From an uncultured virus (IMG/VR IMGVR_UViG_3300001687_000017) (Duplodnaviria > Heunggongvirae > Uroviricota > Caudoviricetes): a stretch of DNA of 61,473 bases. The stretch lies in the IMG/VR virus record IMGVR_UViG_3300001687_000017; one strand, written 5' to 3'. A program made the translations under genes and the position numbers. A model generated the notes under the pieces. That model made no database searches, was not told where the DNA came from, and saw only the letters and a program-made list of their open reading frames with translations. Below, in pieces: positions 46,855-55,276 of the stretch (the first letter of the stretch is position 1; each line of letters starts with the position of its first letter).

Positions 46855-47369
46855 AATGCGACGTGCCCGTAGAAGACCCGCTCGGCCCGGTAGTTGAAGT
46901 TGGAGCCGGTGACCGCCGCGATGAAGCTGACGCGGTTGTTCTTGTCCCAGCCGTCCAGTTCGCACTGGCCGTGCCACATGCCGTGAGCCAGCAGGTAGCA
47001 GTTGCACCTGAACTTGGCCCATATCATCCGTATTCGGCTGGGCGGGCTCTTGCAGGATTCCACCAGCTCCACCTTGGCCGTCGGGCTCAAGGTGATGCTG
47101 AAAGCGTGGTCGCCGGTCAGGAACCGGTAATCGCCCTGGAGCAGGTCGCCGTAGCCGAAGGGCTTGCGATCCCCGCACCGGATGCACTCATCCCATTGGT
47201 TGCCCGTGATGTCCCGGTTGCCGTGATAGTCGCAGGGCGTGGCCACGCATTGGGTGACCCAGCGCTCCCTGGGGTGATAGGGATTGCCGATCACGTGCGG
47301 CCCGGCGTGGCCCTCGGCCATCGTGCATGGGCTGCCGGTATCGGGGTTGGTGCTGGGGCACGGCTTCAT
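46851..47369 (-). CDS. Cys/His-rich hypothetical protein
   Basis: C..C..GH.GPH and CIRCG motifs. Confidence 0.55.
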   Translation of the reverse strand: MKPCPSTNPDTGSPCTMAEGHAGPHVIGNPYHPRERWVTQCVATPCDYHGNRDITGNQWDECIRCGDRKPFGYGDLLQGDYRFLTGDHAFSITLSPTAKVELVESCKSPPSRIRMIWAKFRCNCYLLAHGMWHGQCELDGWDKNNRVSFIAAVTGSNFNYRAERVFYGHVAL

Positions 47370-47395
47370 AAGGAAGTGAGGAGGCCGCAGGTGGA

Positions 47396-47752
47396 CTACT
47401 TGCTCGCGTGTGTCGCAGGTTCCGTTCTAGCGCCACGCCCTTTCTTGCGAGGGCGGCTCCGGCGCGGCTTTGATCCGGGAGGCGCGGCCTCCTCAAAGGC
47501 TTTCTTGACGATCGACTGGTCCAAGGGCGCGAACTTCTTGCTGAAGTGAACGGTCTCCCGGAGCATCCGGCTCACGATTTCCAGCCGGAGCGCGGTCAGC
47601 TCGTGGGCCACCTGGTCGAATTCGTCCCGGAAGTAGAGGATGACCTCCACCAGCTCGGCCTTGGTGGTCTTGGGCGAGAGCATGTCCTCCGAGATGTCGT
47701 TGCTGATCTGGAGGATTCGGTCGATTGGAATGCGATAATGTTTACGCTTCAT
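47396..47752 (-). CDS. Hypothetical protein
   Basis: ORF from MKRKHY. Confidence 0.55.
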   Translation of the reverse strand: MKRKHYRIPIDRILQISNDISEDMLSPKTTKAELVEVILYFRDEFDQVAHELTALRLEIVSRMLRETVHFSKKFAPLDQSIVKKAFEEAAPPGSKPRRSRPRKKGRGARTEPATHASK

Positions 47753-48119
47753 AAAGTCGAATTGCGGTTCGTTCCCAGTAGGCTTGCCGCTCCCGCTTAC
47801 CGTCAAACACCCAGCTGGCGTGCTGGACGACGTTGTCGGTCGCGTCGTCCGTAAACACCCACCCGCCCTCGGTTGCCAAGAGAATCGTGCCGTCCCGGCG
47901 CGGCCCGACCGCCACCAGGCAGAACGGCCACCGAAGATACTCGAAGTTGTGGCACCACAGCTCTTTGGCGACCACGTAAACGGCTGCCGCGTCGATCCGC
48001 CTGGCCACGTGAATCAGCTTCTCGGGCAGCTGGAACCGGATGAAAGGCACGGCTTCGTCGGGCGTGTGGATGGCCTCGGTCGCCTTGATCGCCCGCAAAG
48101 CTCGTTCCTTCAGGTTCAT
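47742..48119 (-). CDS. Hypothetical protein
   Basis: ORF from MNLKER, ATGA coupled. Confidence 0.55.
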   Translation of the reverse strand: MNLKERALRAIKATEAIHTPDEAVPFIRFQLPEKLIHVARRIDAAAVYVVAKELWCHNFEYLRWPFCLVAVGPRRDGTILLATEGGWVFTDDATDNVVQHASWVFDGKRERQAYWERTAIRLYEA

Positions 48120-48394
48120 CGCGCCATCTTCAAAAGCCGCTCCGCATGCTCCTTGCGCAGGACTTCGGCCATTTTGATCAGCGCCTCGCCCATGACCTGG
48201 TTCATTTCGTTGGTTTCGATGCCTTGCAGGGCGTGGCCGTAGCTTTCCAGCACTGCCGCCTCGTAAAGGGGCTTCTGCTTGAGCCAGTCGATCTGCTCCT
48301 GGTACTGCTGCGGCGTCGGGCATTTGTGCAGCAGCATGACCGTGAGCAACGTCGCGCACACGGCGGACCAGAGCACTCGTTCTTTGTTTCTCAT
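48116..48394 (-). CDS. Hypothetical protein with N-terminal hydrophobic segment
   Basis: ORF from MRNKER, ATGA coupled. Confidence 0.5.
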   Translation of the reverse strand: MRNKERVLWSAVCATLLTVMLLHKCPTPQQYQEQIDWLKQKPLYEAAVLESYGHALQGIETNEMNQVMGEALIKMAEVLRKEHAERLLKMAR

Positions 48395-48837
48395 GACGTG
48401 CGGTTCAACAGAATTCGGGTCAAAGCGACCGATCTTTGGGTATAGAACAGCAATTCGTCGCCGTAGTGGTAGCCCGTCATGTTCATGAGCCAGTGGAGCA
48501 CGTCGCCAATTTGCTCCTCGCCCGCGCCTTCCAGGACACAAGCCAGCTCGAACGCCTTGGCGTGCTTGTCTGATCCGCCGCACTTCTTGAAGGTCGCCGA
48601 CAGGATGTCAGGCCGGTCGAACCATTCCCGCAGCTCCGGGGTGATCTTCACGTTTTTGATCTGGAAGGCGACCCGCTTGCTCAAGTGGTCGCTGTAGCGG
48701 GCAAAGAACAGCGGCTCGCCAAAGTGCTCCCGGAGCGCCTTGCCCGTCTCCAACGCCCACCGGCAGTAGTCCTCGTGGGACATGTCCGTGTCCAGTTCCA
48801 CGGTGACCATCGTCCACTTCCTGGCAAACAAGCCCAT
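48391..48837 (-). CDS. Hypothetical protein
   Basis: ORF from MGLFAR. Confidence 0.55.
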   Translation of the reverse strand: MGLFARKWTMVTVELDTDMSHEDYCRWALETGKALREHFGEPLFFARYSDHLSKRVAFQIKNVKITPELREWFDRPDILSATFKKCGGSDKHAKAFELACVLEGAGEEQIGDVLHWLMNMTGYHYGDELLFYTQRSVALTRILLNRTS

Positions 48838-49055
48838 ATCAGCCCTTTTTCGACCGGCGCTTCTTCTCTTTTTCACGCTGTTCCTTCCAATGACGTTCCA
48901 TAGATTCCAGCTCAGCCCGGAGAACCGCGACAAAGCCTGGGTTGTCTGCGTAGAGGCGGATGCGCTCCTGAAGCTTGGCCCTTTGTTTGTAGTAGCGGTT
49001 GCGCAAATAATTGCGCTGCGTTTCCTCCATCGCGGCTTGTTGCATCGATCCCATA

Positions 49056-49427
49056 TCAGCTTTCCTCCGGCTCACGGCTCTCGATGGACGACGGCAACGG
49101 CGGCAAGGGCACGGCCAGGATGTCGGGGTGCTTGGGCGCGGTCATGATCTTGCGGGCGGCGCAGAAGCGCTTGCTGTAGGCCAACAGAGCGTCGCGTTCC
49201 CTTTCCGGCACGCTGTTCAATTCGTCCTCGGTAGCCCGTCGCACTTCCAGGTCCTCGCCAAAGCGCATGATGCACCCGCACATGGCGCACACTGACCAGT
49301 CTCCAGGCTCAGGCATGCGGCCCGTAGGACTGGAGGCAGCGTCCATCTTCTCGTGGCAGTCCGGGCAATACCCCGCCTCGGGCACCCGCCGCCGTTTCAA
49401 GCCTGCTGGAATGATGATTCGTGACAT
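49056..49427 (-). CDS. Zinc-finger hypothetical protein
   Basis: CPDC..DAAS..PEPGDWSVCAMCG. Confidence 0.6.
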   Translation of the reverse strand: MSRIIIPAGLKRRRVPEAGYCPDCHEKMDAASSPTGRMPEPGDWSVCAMCGCIMRFGEDLEVRRATEDELNSVPERERDALLAYSKRFCAARKIMTAPKHPDILAVPLPPLPSSIESREPEES

Positions 49428-49430
49428 AAT

Positions 49431-49823
49431 TCAAGCGCCGTGGTTCTTGCACACGGCCATCAACGTCTGTAGAACGTGGTTGTAATCCCCGCTCATGGCC
49501 TCGTCGGTCAGCTCCTTGATGCGGGCGTCCGGCCACCCAGCCTTTCGAGCGCCCCGGCGAACCTGTGCGATCAAGTTCATGGCATTGCCGTCAAGGCCGA
49601 CGAGCCGCACAGGCACCTTGGGCAGGTCGGCGAATCGGGCTTCGAGGGAGCCTGCGGCATTCCATTGTTGGCTGTACTTCTCCACAGCGGCACGAGCCTC
49701 ATCCATGCTGATGTCACCGGGGACGCAGGCGTAGGTCGCCTGGGCGAATTCGGCGGGTGTGCCGTGCTTTTTGGCCAGCTTCCTTTGAGCGGGCGTCAGG
49801 GTGTCAGTGAGCTTGGGTGGCAT
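49431..49823 (-). CDS. Conserved phage hypothetical protein
   Basis: C-terminal VRLVGLDGNA..EAMSGDYNHVL module; first gene of the minus-strand run. Confidence 0.65.
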   Translation of the reverse strand: MPPKLTDTLTPAQRKLAKKHGTPAEFAQATYACVPGDISMDEARAAVEKYSQQWNAAGSLEARFADLPKVPVRLVGLDGNAMNLIAQVRRGARKAGWPDARIKELTDEAMSGDYNHVLQTLMAVCKNHGA

Positions 49824-49831
49824 GGATTAAA

Positions 49832-49868
49832 GAATTACATTGACCAGTAAGTCATGCAAGCGTAATCT
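49832..49868. promoter_or_regulatory. Overlapping divergent sigma70-type promoters
   Basis: Plus strand TTGACC-N17-TAATCT (49840-49868); minus strand TTGCAT followed by a weaker AT-rich -10 before the 49823 ATG. Confidence 0.55.
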
Positions 49869-49976
49869 GTTCGGGCATTTCTGCTAAATCGCACGCGCCG
49901 AGTTAAAAACGTTTGACGGGAAAGCGCTCACGGTTTACGCCAGCGATGCGTAGTCAGCCGGTTTATGCAACGAGCA

Positions 49977-50006
49977 AAATAACGGATCGCCAAATAACGG
50001 ATCGCC
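49977..50006. repeat. Tandem 15-bp repeat AAATAACGGATCGCC x2
   Basis: Read directly; ends 1 nt before ATG 50008. Confidence 0.95.
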
Positions 50007-50007
50007 C

Positions 50008-50823
50008 ATGAAGGAACCAAGAAACGCTGCTGACCCCAAAGCGCTCCAGCGGTTTGTCGATAGGGTGCGCAGGCAAGCTCACCGCCAGTTCGGCGAGGAC
50101 ATCTTCGTTGATGTTTACGACAGCGCCGTGGCCCAGCGGCTTCAGCTGCTGGCAGTGCCCCACTACCATCTTTGCGAAACCAACGAGGAATTGCTGCGCG
50201 GAGCGGAGCTGGCGATTGCCAACTTGAGGCACGTCTGCGACTACACTGACGCGTGGCTGCGGCATATTGAGTTGGCGCACCGCGACGACCGCGAAATGCG
50301 CGAGCTGGAGGCGCTGGCCAAAAAGCTGTGGCCAGGATTCCCCGTTGCTTTTTCGACAAGCTACTCGGGTTTTGACCGGCGCTCGGACGAGGTCATTCGG
50401 CGGCCCAAGCAGCTTGCAAGCTTGCGCACGGACAGTGATTCGCGTGCTGGGCTTCACAAAGAGCGCCTGGCCTACCTTCATCTGGCGGCTAAGGAAATGG
50501 CCAAGCCTACGTGGCGGCGCGGCATCACGATCAAGGAAATCCTGGTCACGATGACGAGCTATTCCATGAGCGTGTACGCCAGGACCAACATCACGCAGGA
50601 AGAGCTGCGGCGTGCGGCGGCGTACCGGGAAACGATGCGTGACGCCGACAAGGCGGTGGCTGAATGGGCAGCGGCGCACGGCCTTGAAAAAGAAGGTATT
50701 TCCCGTCGAGAGCTGACGCGAATGATTGAGTTCTTTGCTAAGCAGACGCTGAAGGCTTACGCCAAGAAGCGGCGATCCGTAACACGGCGATCCGTAACAC
50801 GGCGATCCGTAAAACGAGGATAG
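50008..50823 (+). CDS. Uncharacterised basic, helical protein bracketed by CGATCCGTWA arrays
   Basis: 271-aa ORF, Arg-rich; no family recognised. Confidence 0.7.
   Translation: MKEPRNAADPKALQRFVDRVRRQAHRQFGEDIFVDVYDSAVAQRLQLLAVPHYHLCETNEELLRGAELAIANLRHVCDYTDAWLRHIELAHRDDREMRELEALAKKLWPGFPVAFSTSYSGFDRRSDEVIRRPKQLASLRTDSDSRAGLHKERLAYLHLAAKEMAKPTWRRGITIKEILVTMTSYSMSVYARTNITQEELRRAAAYRETMRDADKAVAEWAAAHGLEKEGISRRELTRMIEFFAKQTLKAYAKKRRSVTRRSVTRRSVKRG
50770..50812. repeat. Tandem 15-bp repeat CGGCGATCCGTAACA x3 (third copy partial)
   Basis: Read directly; encodes RRSVT repeats; inverted relative to the 49977 array. Confidence 0.95.
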
Positions 50824-50826
50824 GAT

Positions 50827-51105
50827 ATGAGCGCAGAAAGTGAGCAGCTGAAGGCTTTGGCCAAGGCGGTAGAGGGTTTGGCCAAAGAAGCAGGCTCAAT
50901 CGGCATGCTCAGCATGTCGCTTGACGATCTGAAGGATAAAGTTTCCGCCAACCAGGAGTACACTATCGCGCATCTGCTTGGTGAGATTTCTCTTTCAGGT
51001 TACAGGATAGCTGACGGCCTTGTGCTGGTCGCTCACGCAATCAATCCTGATCTGATCACCAAGGAAGACGTGGAGGGTTTGATGGCTAGGCATCCACGAG
51101 CATAG
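50827..51105 (+). CDS. Hypothetical protein
   Basis: 92-aa ORF with a GAGGA/AGGA element upstream. Confidence 0.55.
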   Translation: MSAESEQLKALAKAVEGLAKEAGSIGMLSMSLDDLKDKVSANQEYTIAHLLGEISLSGYRIADGLVLVAHAINPDLITKEDVEGLMARHPRA

Positions 51106-51206
51106 AATGAGCAAAGCAACGATTTGGGGAGCCGCCCAACGGGTGACGACTGGAGGCGCTGAGTGGCGTCTTCGGGCTCCCCTTAACATCCGATCCGTAA
51201 TACCAC

Positions 51207-51671
51207 ATGGAATCCAAACTCAAGCTCGGACAGACGGTCACGGACAAAATCACCGGCCTGACCGGCGTCATTACCTGCATCGCCGAATTCATGCACTCGC
51301 CGCCCCGCGTCTGCGTGACGCCGCGCAAGAAGCCCAAGGACGCGGAGAAAGAGAGCGACCACTGGCTGGACGAGGCCAGGCTCAAACCAGGCAAGATCGC
51401 GCTGAAGGTGGAACGGAAGCCCGCCACGGTTCCTTTTGGCCAGAAGGTCAAGGACCCGATCAGCGGTTTCAGCGGCGTGGCCACCGCCCGGTTCTTCCAC
51501 ATCAACGGGTGTATCCAAATCGAGGTCACCCCGGACAAGCTCAAGGCGGACGGCAGCATCATCAAACCGTGGGCCTTTGACGAGCAGCGCCTGGAATGGA
51601 AAGGCAAAACCGAGAGTAAGGCAGGTCCGGGCGGCCCGTCGATCGAATGCCCAGGTTTACCGACATGCTAG
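51207..51671 (+). CDS. Phage protein with duplicated SH3/KOW-like domain
   Basis: LGQTVTDKITGLTGV..WLDEARL and FGQKVKDPISGFSGV..FDEQRL. Confidence 0.7.
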   Translation: MESKLKLGQTVTDKITGLTGVITCIAEFMHSPPRVCVTPRKKPKDAEKESDHWLDEARLKPGKIALKVERKPATVPFGQKVKDPISGFSGVATARFFHINGCIQIEVTPDKLKADGSIIKPWAFDEQRLEWKGKTESKAGPGGPSIECPGLPTC

Positions 51672-51928
51672 CAAAACTTGCCAGACTGACAGTTTGTGAC
51701 TGTGGTTTTCCGACGCTCGATGAGCGCATTCCGCTGGGCACGGAGTACGAGATTGATCCCGACAAGCGAAAGCAGGCCACGATGTTTTGTGGAGGTTGCG
51801 GCAAGCCAATAGAACTTGTGGTGGTTTACGCCGCCCCGCGCCTGTTTGGGCAAACGGGCGGTTTTTTGCCGGAATGTTTGTTCGACAATTTGCCCCGGCG
51901 GGCGTCGGCGGAGGCACAGCCGGACTGA
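51665..51928 (+). CDS. Small Cys-rich hypothetical protein
   Basis: CDCG..CGGCG. Confidence 0.5.
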   Translation: MLAKLARLTVCDCGFPTLDERIPLGTEYEIDPDKRKQATMFCGGCGKPIELVVVYAAPRLFGQTGGFLPECLFDNLPRRASAEAQPD

Positions 51929-51982
51929 AAATCCGTCGAGTGAGACCGTCCGGTCGCCGGGGCACCTATTACAGGAGTAGCT

Positions 51983-52270
51983 ATGACGAAGGAACAAGCG
52001 GAAAGACTGATCGTAGTGCTTGAGACCTTGGTAAACGGAGGATTGTCTGACGCGGCTGCCGCAGCCTGCGCGGGCGCTGTCAGCGACAATGTTGAGTCAA
52101 TAGCCACGAGTTTAGCTGACGTGGCCAACTCAATTTCTGACGGCAGGTTGCCCTCTCTTAGGCCAGCTAGTCCAGAGCCGTCGTTGTCAGAAGCGGTAAA
52201 AGGAGCTGGGCAGAATATCCGCAAAGGTCTGGAAACCTTAGCCGACGCCATTCTGGCAGGCAAGTCCTGA
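51983..52270 (+). CDS. Hypothetical protein
   Basis: AGGAG ribosome-binding site; repeated amphipathic segments. Confidence 0.55.
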   Translation: MTKEQAERLIVVLETLVNGGLSDAAAAACAGAVSDNVESIATSLADVANSISDGRLPSLRPASPEPSLSEAVKGAGQNIRKGLETLADAILAGKS

Positions 52271-52362
52271 TGATTTGCGCTGGGTGGCCCCAGTGCGGCG
52301 GCGGGCGCGCCTCTGTGAGGCTTAAACGGGTTGTAGCCCGCCGCCTTTCCGTTCTATTGGGT

Positions 52363-52686
52363 ATGAGCGCACAATCGTTTACATCCAATCATTGGACCAC
52401 CCCGGACGGCGTGCCAGCTGGTGGCTGCTCCTTCGGCACGGGCTTCTGCATCTCCTGGCAAAACGGGCCGCTCGGTCGCGGCGAGGATCGCTTGCCGCAC
52501 AACGGGGCGTTTGTCGAAACTTTGCTGGAGGTCGTGGCCGACCGGCTGGTGTACTACCAGAACAGCCGGTTCGCGTGCGACGAGAACACCGACGCCCTTG
52601 AGCACATCGGCAAGGCGCTGGAAACACTGCGTTCCAGGACGGCCAAGCGGGAGGCCCGCCAGGTGGAGGGTACTGCGGAGGTTTAA
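52363..52686 (+). CDS. tad1: Tad1-like anti-Thoeris cyclic-nucleotide sponge
   Basis: ISWQNGP..NGAFVETLLEVVADRL..YQ.SRFACDEN..AL.HI.KAL..L..RT..REARQVEGT matches the Tad1 family pattern as I recall it; GTTCT-N7-ATG. Confidence 0.75.
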   Translation: MSAQSFTSNHWTTPDGVPAGGCSFGTGFCISWQNGPLGRGEDRLPHNGAFVETLLEVVADRLVYYQNSRFACDENTDALEHIGKALETLRSRTAKREARQVEGTAEV

Positions 52687-52688
52687 CA

Positions 52689-53177
52689 ATGCCACGCGAT
52701 ACCAGTGCGGAGGCGTACGCAGCTATCAGGGAGTCCGGCTACTTGGGGCAAACACTGTGGGCTGTTTACGATTGCCTTTACAGGTTCGGTGGGCGCTACG
52801 GTGACGGCCAGGGGCTTTCTCAGACCGAATGCTACCACACCGCAATCGATAAGGGGCTTGTTGAGGCCGACAAAAAGGACTCATTAGGCCCGCGCTTTGC
52901 GCCGCTGGAGCGAATGGGCATCATACAGCGCGTGGCCAAACGTCAGTGCCACTATACCGAACGAACGGTTTGGTGCTACGATGCGACAAGCTTTGTGCCT
53001 ACTTCCGAGCAAGTCGCGGAGGCGCTTCGACGCCCGAGGACATTTTGGGCCGTGTTGGGTAAAGGCGAGCGGGCTGGCGTTCTTTGGCTGGACAAGAAGG
53101 AGGCCAAGGAAGACTTGCGACAAACAAGCGCCGAGCTGCCCGGCAGCGAGATGTTTGAGGTTACGGAGAGGGTATGA
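52689..53177 (+). CDS. Winged-helix-like DNA-binding protein
   Basis: DTSAEAY..SLGPRFAPLERMGII..KRQCHYT. Confidence 0.55.
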   Translation: MPRDTSAEAYAAIRESGYLGQTLWAVYDCLYRFGGRYGDGQGLSQTECYHTAIDKGLVEADKKDSLGPRFAPLERMGIIQRVAKRQCHYTERTVWCYDATSFVPTSEQVAEALRRPRTFWAVLGKGERAGVLWLDKKEAKEDLRQTSAELPGSEMFEVTERV

Positions 53178-53659
53178 GGTCGACGGGCACTCACATTCCC
53201 TTCACAGTGCTGGCGGCGACGCTTTGCCCAAGCTTGCCGATGGCGGAGCTGGGCATGGGCCATTACAGCACGCCCATCTTCAATGCCTTGGCCCGCCTGG
53301 GCCGCCGGGTGCTGAGCTACGAGACGAACGAGACCTGGCTCAAGGTTTTCCAGCCCTTAGCCCACCCCAACCACCAGATGCTGCTGGTCAAGGACGGCTG
53401 GGAGAACGAGCGGCTGGAGCAAAAGTGGGGCTTCGTCCTGGTAGACATGGAGCCGCCCGAGGCCAGGGCTCCGGTGATTCGGCGCTTATCGGACTGGGCG
53501 CAAGTCCTCGTTCTCCACGACACCCAGGACCCGATCTACGGCTACGCGCCCATTTGGCCGCTGTTCAAGTACCGAGCGGACTATACGTTTTGGCCGACAA
53601 CAACGGCAGTCGTGAGCAATGCCATTGACGTGCGGAAGTTCTTTCCGGGACCAGAATGA
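53174..53659 (+). CDS. Class I SAM-dependent methyltransferase-like protein
   Basis: AELGMGHYST, LSYE..W, FVLVD, LVLHDT. Confidence 0.65.
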   Translation: MRSTGTHIPFTVLAATLCPSLPMAELGMGHYSTPIFNALARLGRRVLSYETNETWLKVFQPLAHPNHQMLLVKDGWENERLEQKWGFVLVDMEPPEARAPVIRRLSDWAQVLVLHDTQDPIYGYAPIWPLFKYRADYTFWPTTTAVVSNAIDVRKFFPGPE

Positions 53660-53711
53660 GAATTATGGAAATTTCATTGACGGCTATCTTATGCCGTGAG
53701 AACGTGTAAGC

Positions 53712-54296
53712 ATGAAGCTTTCTCCAGAACTGGCTGACAGCCTGCCCAAAGCCGAGACCCCGGCCAGGCTGGTGGGCTCGCCTCGGCAAATCGGATGGGC
53801 TGAAACCATCCGGCAGCAGATGCTCGACAAGGTTTCCAGGGCCACCGCCGGGCTTGGCGAGGGATGGGCCGGGCAGGTCGAGGTCTACAGCGTCTTGCTT
53901 GCCGCCGACGACGCCTCTTGGTTCATCGCCAACAAGGACAAGGAATTTTGGGAAATGAACTGGGACTGGCTCGGGCTGACGCCGGAACAGCGGCAGGAGC
54001 GGAAGCAGGCGCACTATCGAGCGAGTGGCAGGCCCAGCGGGCGCACCAAAGGCATTCAGGAAGACACTGAAGATACCCCGGCACCCCAGGCCAAAAGGCG
54101 CGAGCAGGCACAAGCTTACCTGGTTTCTTTCCGTCAGTCCATTAACGGCAAAGTCAAAATCGCAAATGCGCTGACCACACGGAATCCGGTCGACTGGCTG
54201 ACCGGCGTGCTGGAGCGCGGGGACGATGTGGCGCTTGTAAACGCGTGGGCCATCTCGCCGGAGCAGTACACCGCCCTTGCCCGGAAGCTTCCGTAA
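53712..54296 (+). CDS. Hypothetical protein
   Basis: LVGSPRQIGWAETIR..ASWFI module; TTGACG at 53677 upstream. Confidence 0.6.
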   Translation: MKLSPELADSLPKAETPARLVGSPRQIGWAETIRQQMLDKVSRATAGLGEGWAGQVEVYSVLLAADDASWFIANKDKEFWEMNWDWLGLTPEQRQERKQAHYRASGRPSGRTKGIQEDTEDTPAPQAKRREQAQAYLVSFRQSINGKVKIANALTTRNPVDWLTGVLERGDDVALVNAWAISPEQYTALARKLP

Positions 54297-54492
54297 CGCG
54301 TATGAGTATTTGGGACCGAGACTTTTCCATCAGGCTGACGAGCAGCCGGGTCATTGGCAAAACCCGCAAGCTCAAGACCCGCTGGAGGGTTGAGGAGGGG
54401 CAAGACCTTCAAGCTTTCCATTCTGCCGACGCCGAGGACGCGTTGGCCGTTGAACTGGGATACGAACCGCCACCCGACCCGGAGTAAGCACC

Positions 54493-54873
54493 ATGAGACA
54501 AATCCACATCAACAAGACCGAACTGCTCGCGATCGTGCGGAAGAACCGCGCCGAGCACCGCGACATCTTCCTGAAGTCGCAGAAGAAGTACCGCCAGGTC
54601 GCCATCAAGGCCCTGGACGCCCAGCTCAAGGCGGCCCGTAACGGCAGACCGTTCCAGCTTGCCAGCCTGATCCAGCTCGAAGCGCCCGAGGACCACACCG
54701 AGGAATACGACCGAGCGATCAAGATGCTGGAGATGAGCACCGACGAGACCATCCTGATCACCAACGACGAATTCAAGTGCTACGTCGAGGACAAGTGGCA
54801 CTGGAGCCGCGAGTGGGCGGTCAGCAACATGCGCTACACCAAATCCGCCAAGCTGTCCGCCTTGGCAAGATGA
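54493..54873 (+). CDS. Conserved phage hypothetical protein
   Basis: PEDHTEEYDRAIKMLEMS..EFKCYVEDKWHW; GGAG upstream. Confidence 0.7.
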   Translation: MRQIHINKTELLAIVRKNRAEHRDIFLKSQKKYRQVAIKALDAQLKAARNGRPFQLASLIQLEAPEDHTEEYDRAIKMLEMSTDETILITNDEFKCYVEDKWHWSREWAVSNMRYTKSAKLSALAR

Positions 54874-54874
54874 C

Positions 54875-55276
54875 GTGGAGGCCCCGTATCCAGCCCACAT
54901 GCCGTACGCGCCGGAGCCGGTGGAGAGCGCCCGCAAGCGCATGCCCGCCGCGCTCCACGACGTTTACGATCCGCTAGAGGTTGAGGCTGGCAAGCAAACC
55001 AGGCCAGGGCTGCTGCGCAAGCATGTCTTTGACTTTGAGGACGGGATGCGCATGATCGTTTCCCGAGAGACAATGGACGGCAAGCTCTGGATTCATGCCA
55101 GCTTCAGTTGGTTTGCGCCACCGCCGGTTCTGGAGATTGCGGAATCAAGGATCGAGGAACGGCTGCGACAGGCGGTTGGCTACACCGGCTTCATGCAGTT
55201 GGTGATGCGGTTTGCCACGCCCAAGGGAATTCTGCATCTCCTCATGGACCCGGACCGGGTCGACTCGTCACCGTGA
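54875..55276 (+). CDS. Hypothetical protein
   Basis: HVFDFEDGMRMIVSRE..IHASFS. Confidence 0.55.
   Translation: MEAPYPAHMPYAPEPVESARKRMPAALHDVYDPLEVEAGKQTRPGLLRKHVFDFEDGMRMIVSRETMDGKLWIHASFSWFAPPPVLEIAESRIEERLRQAVGYTGFMQLVMRFATPKGILHLLMDPDRVDSSP

Noticed and set aside
50770..50812. Possible mini-CRISPR array
   Set aside because: 15-bp units are directly tandem with no unique spacers, and there are no cas genes
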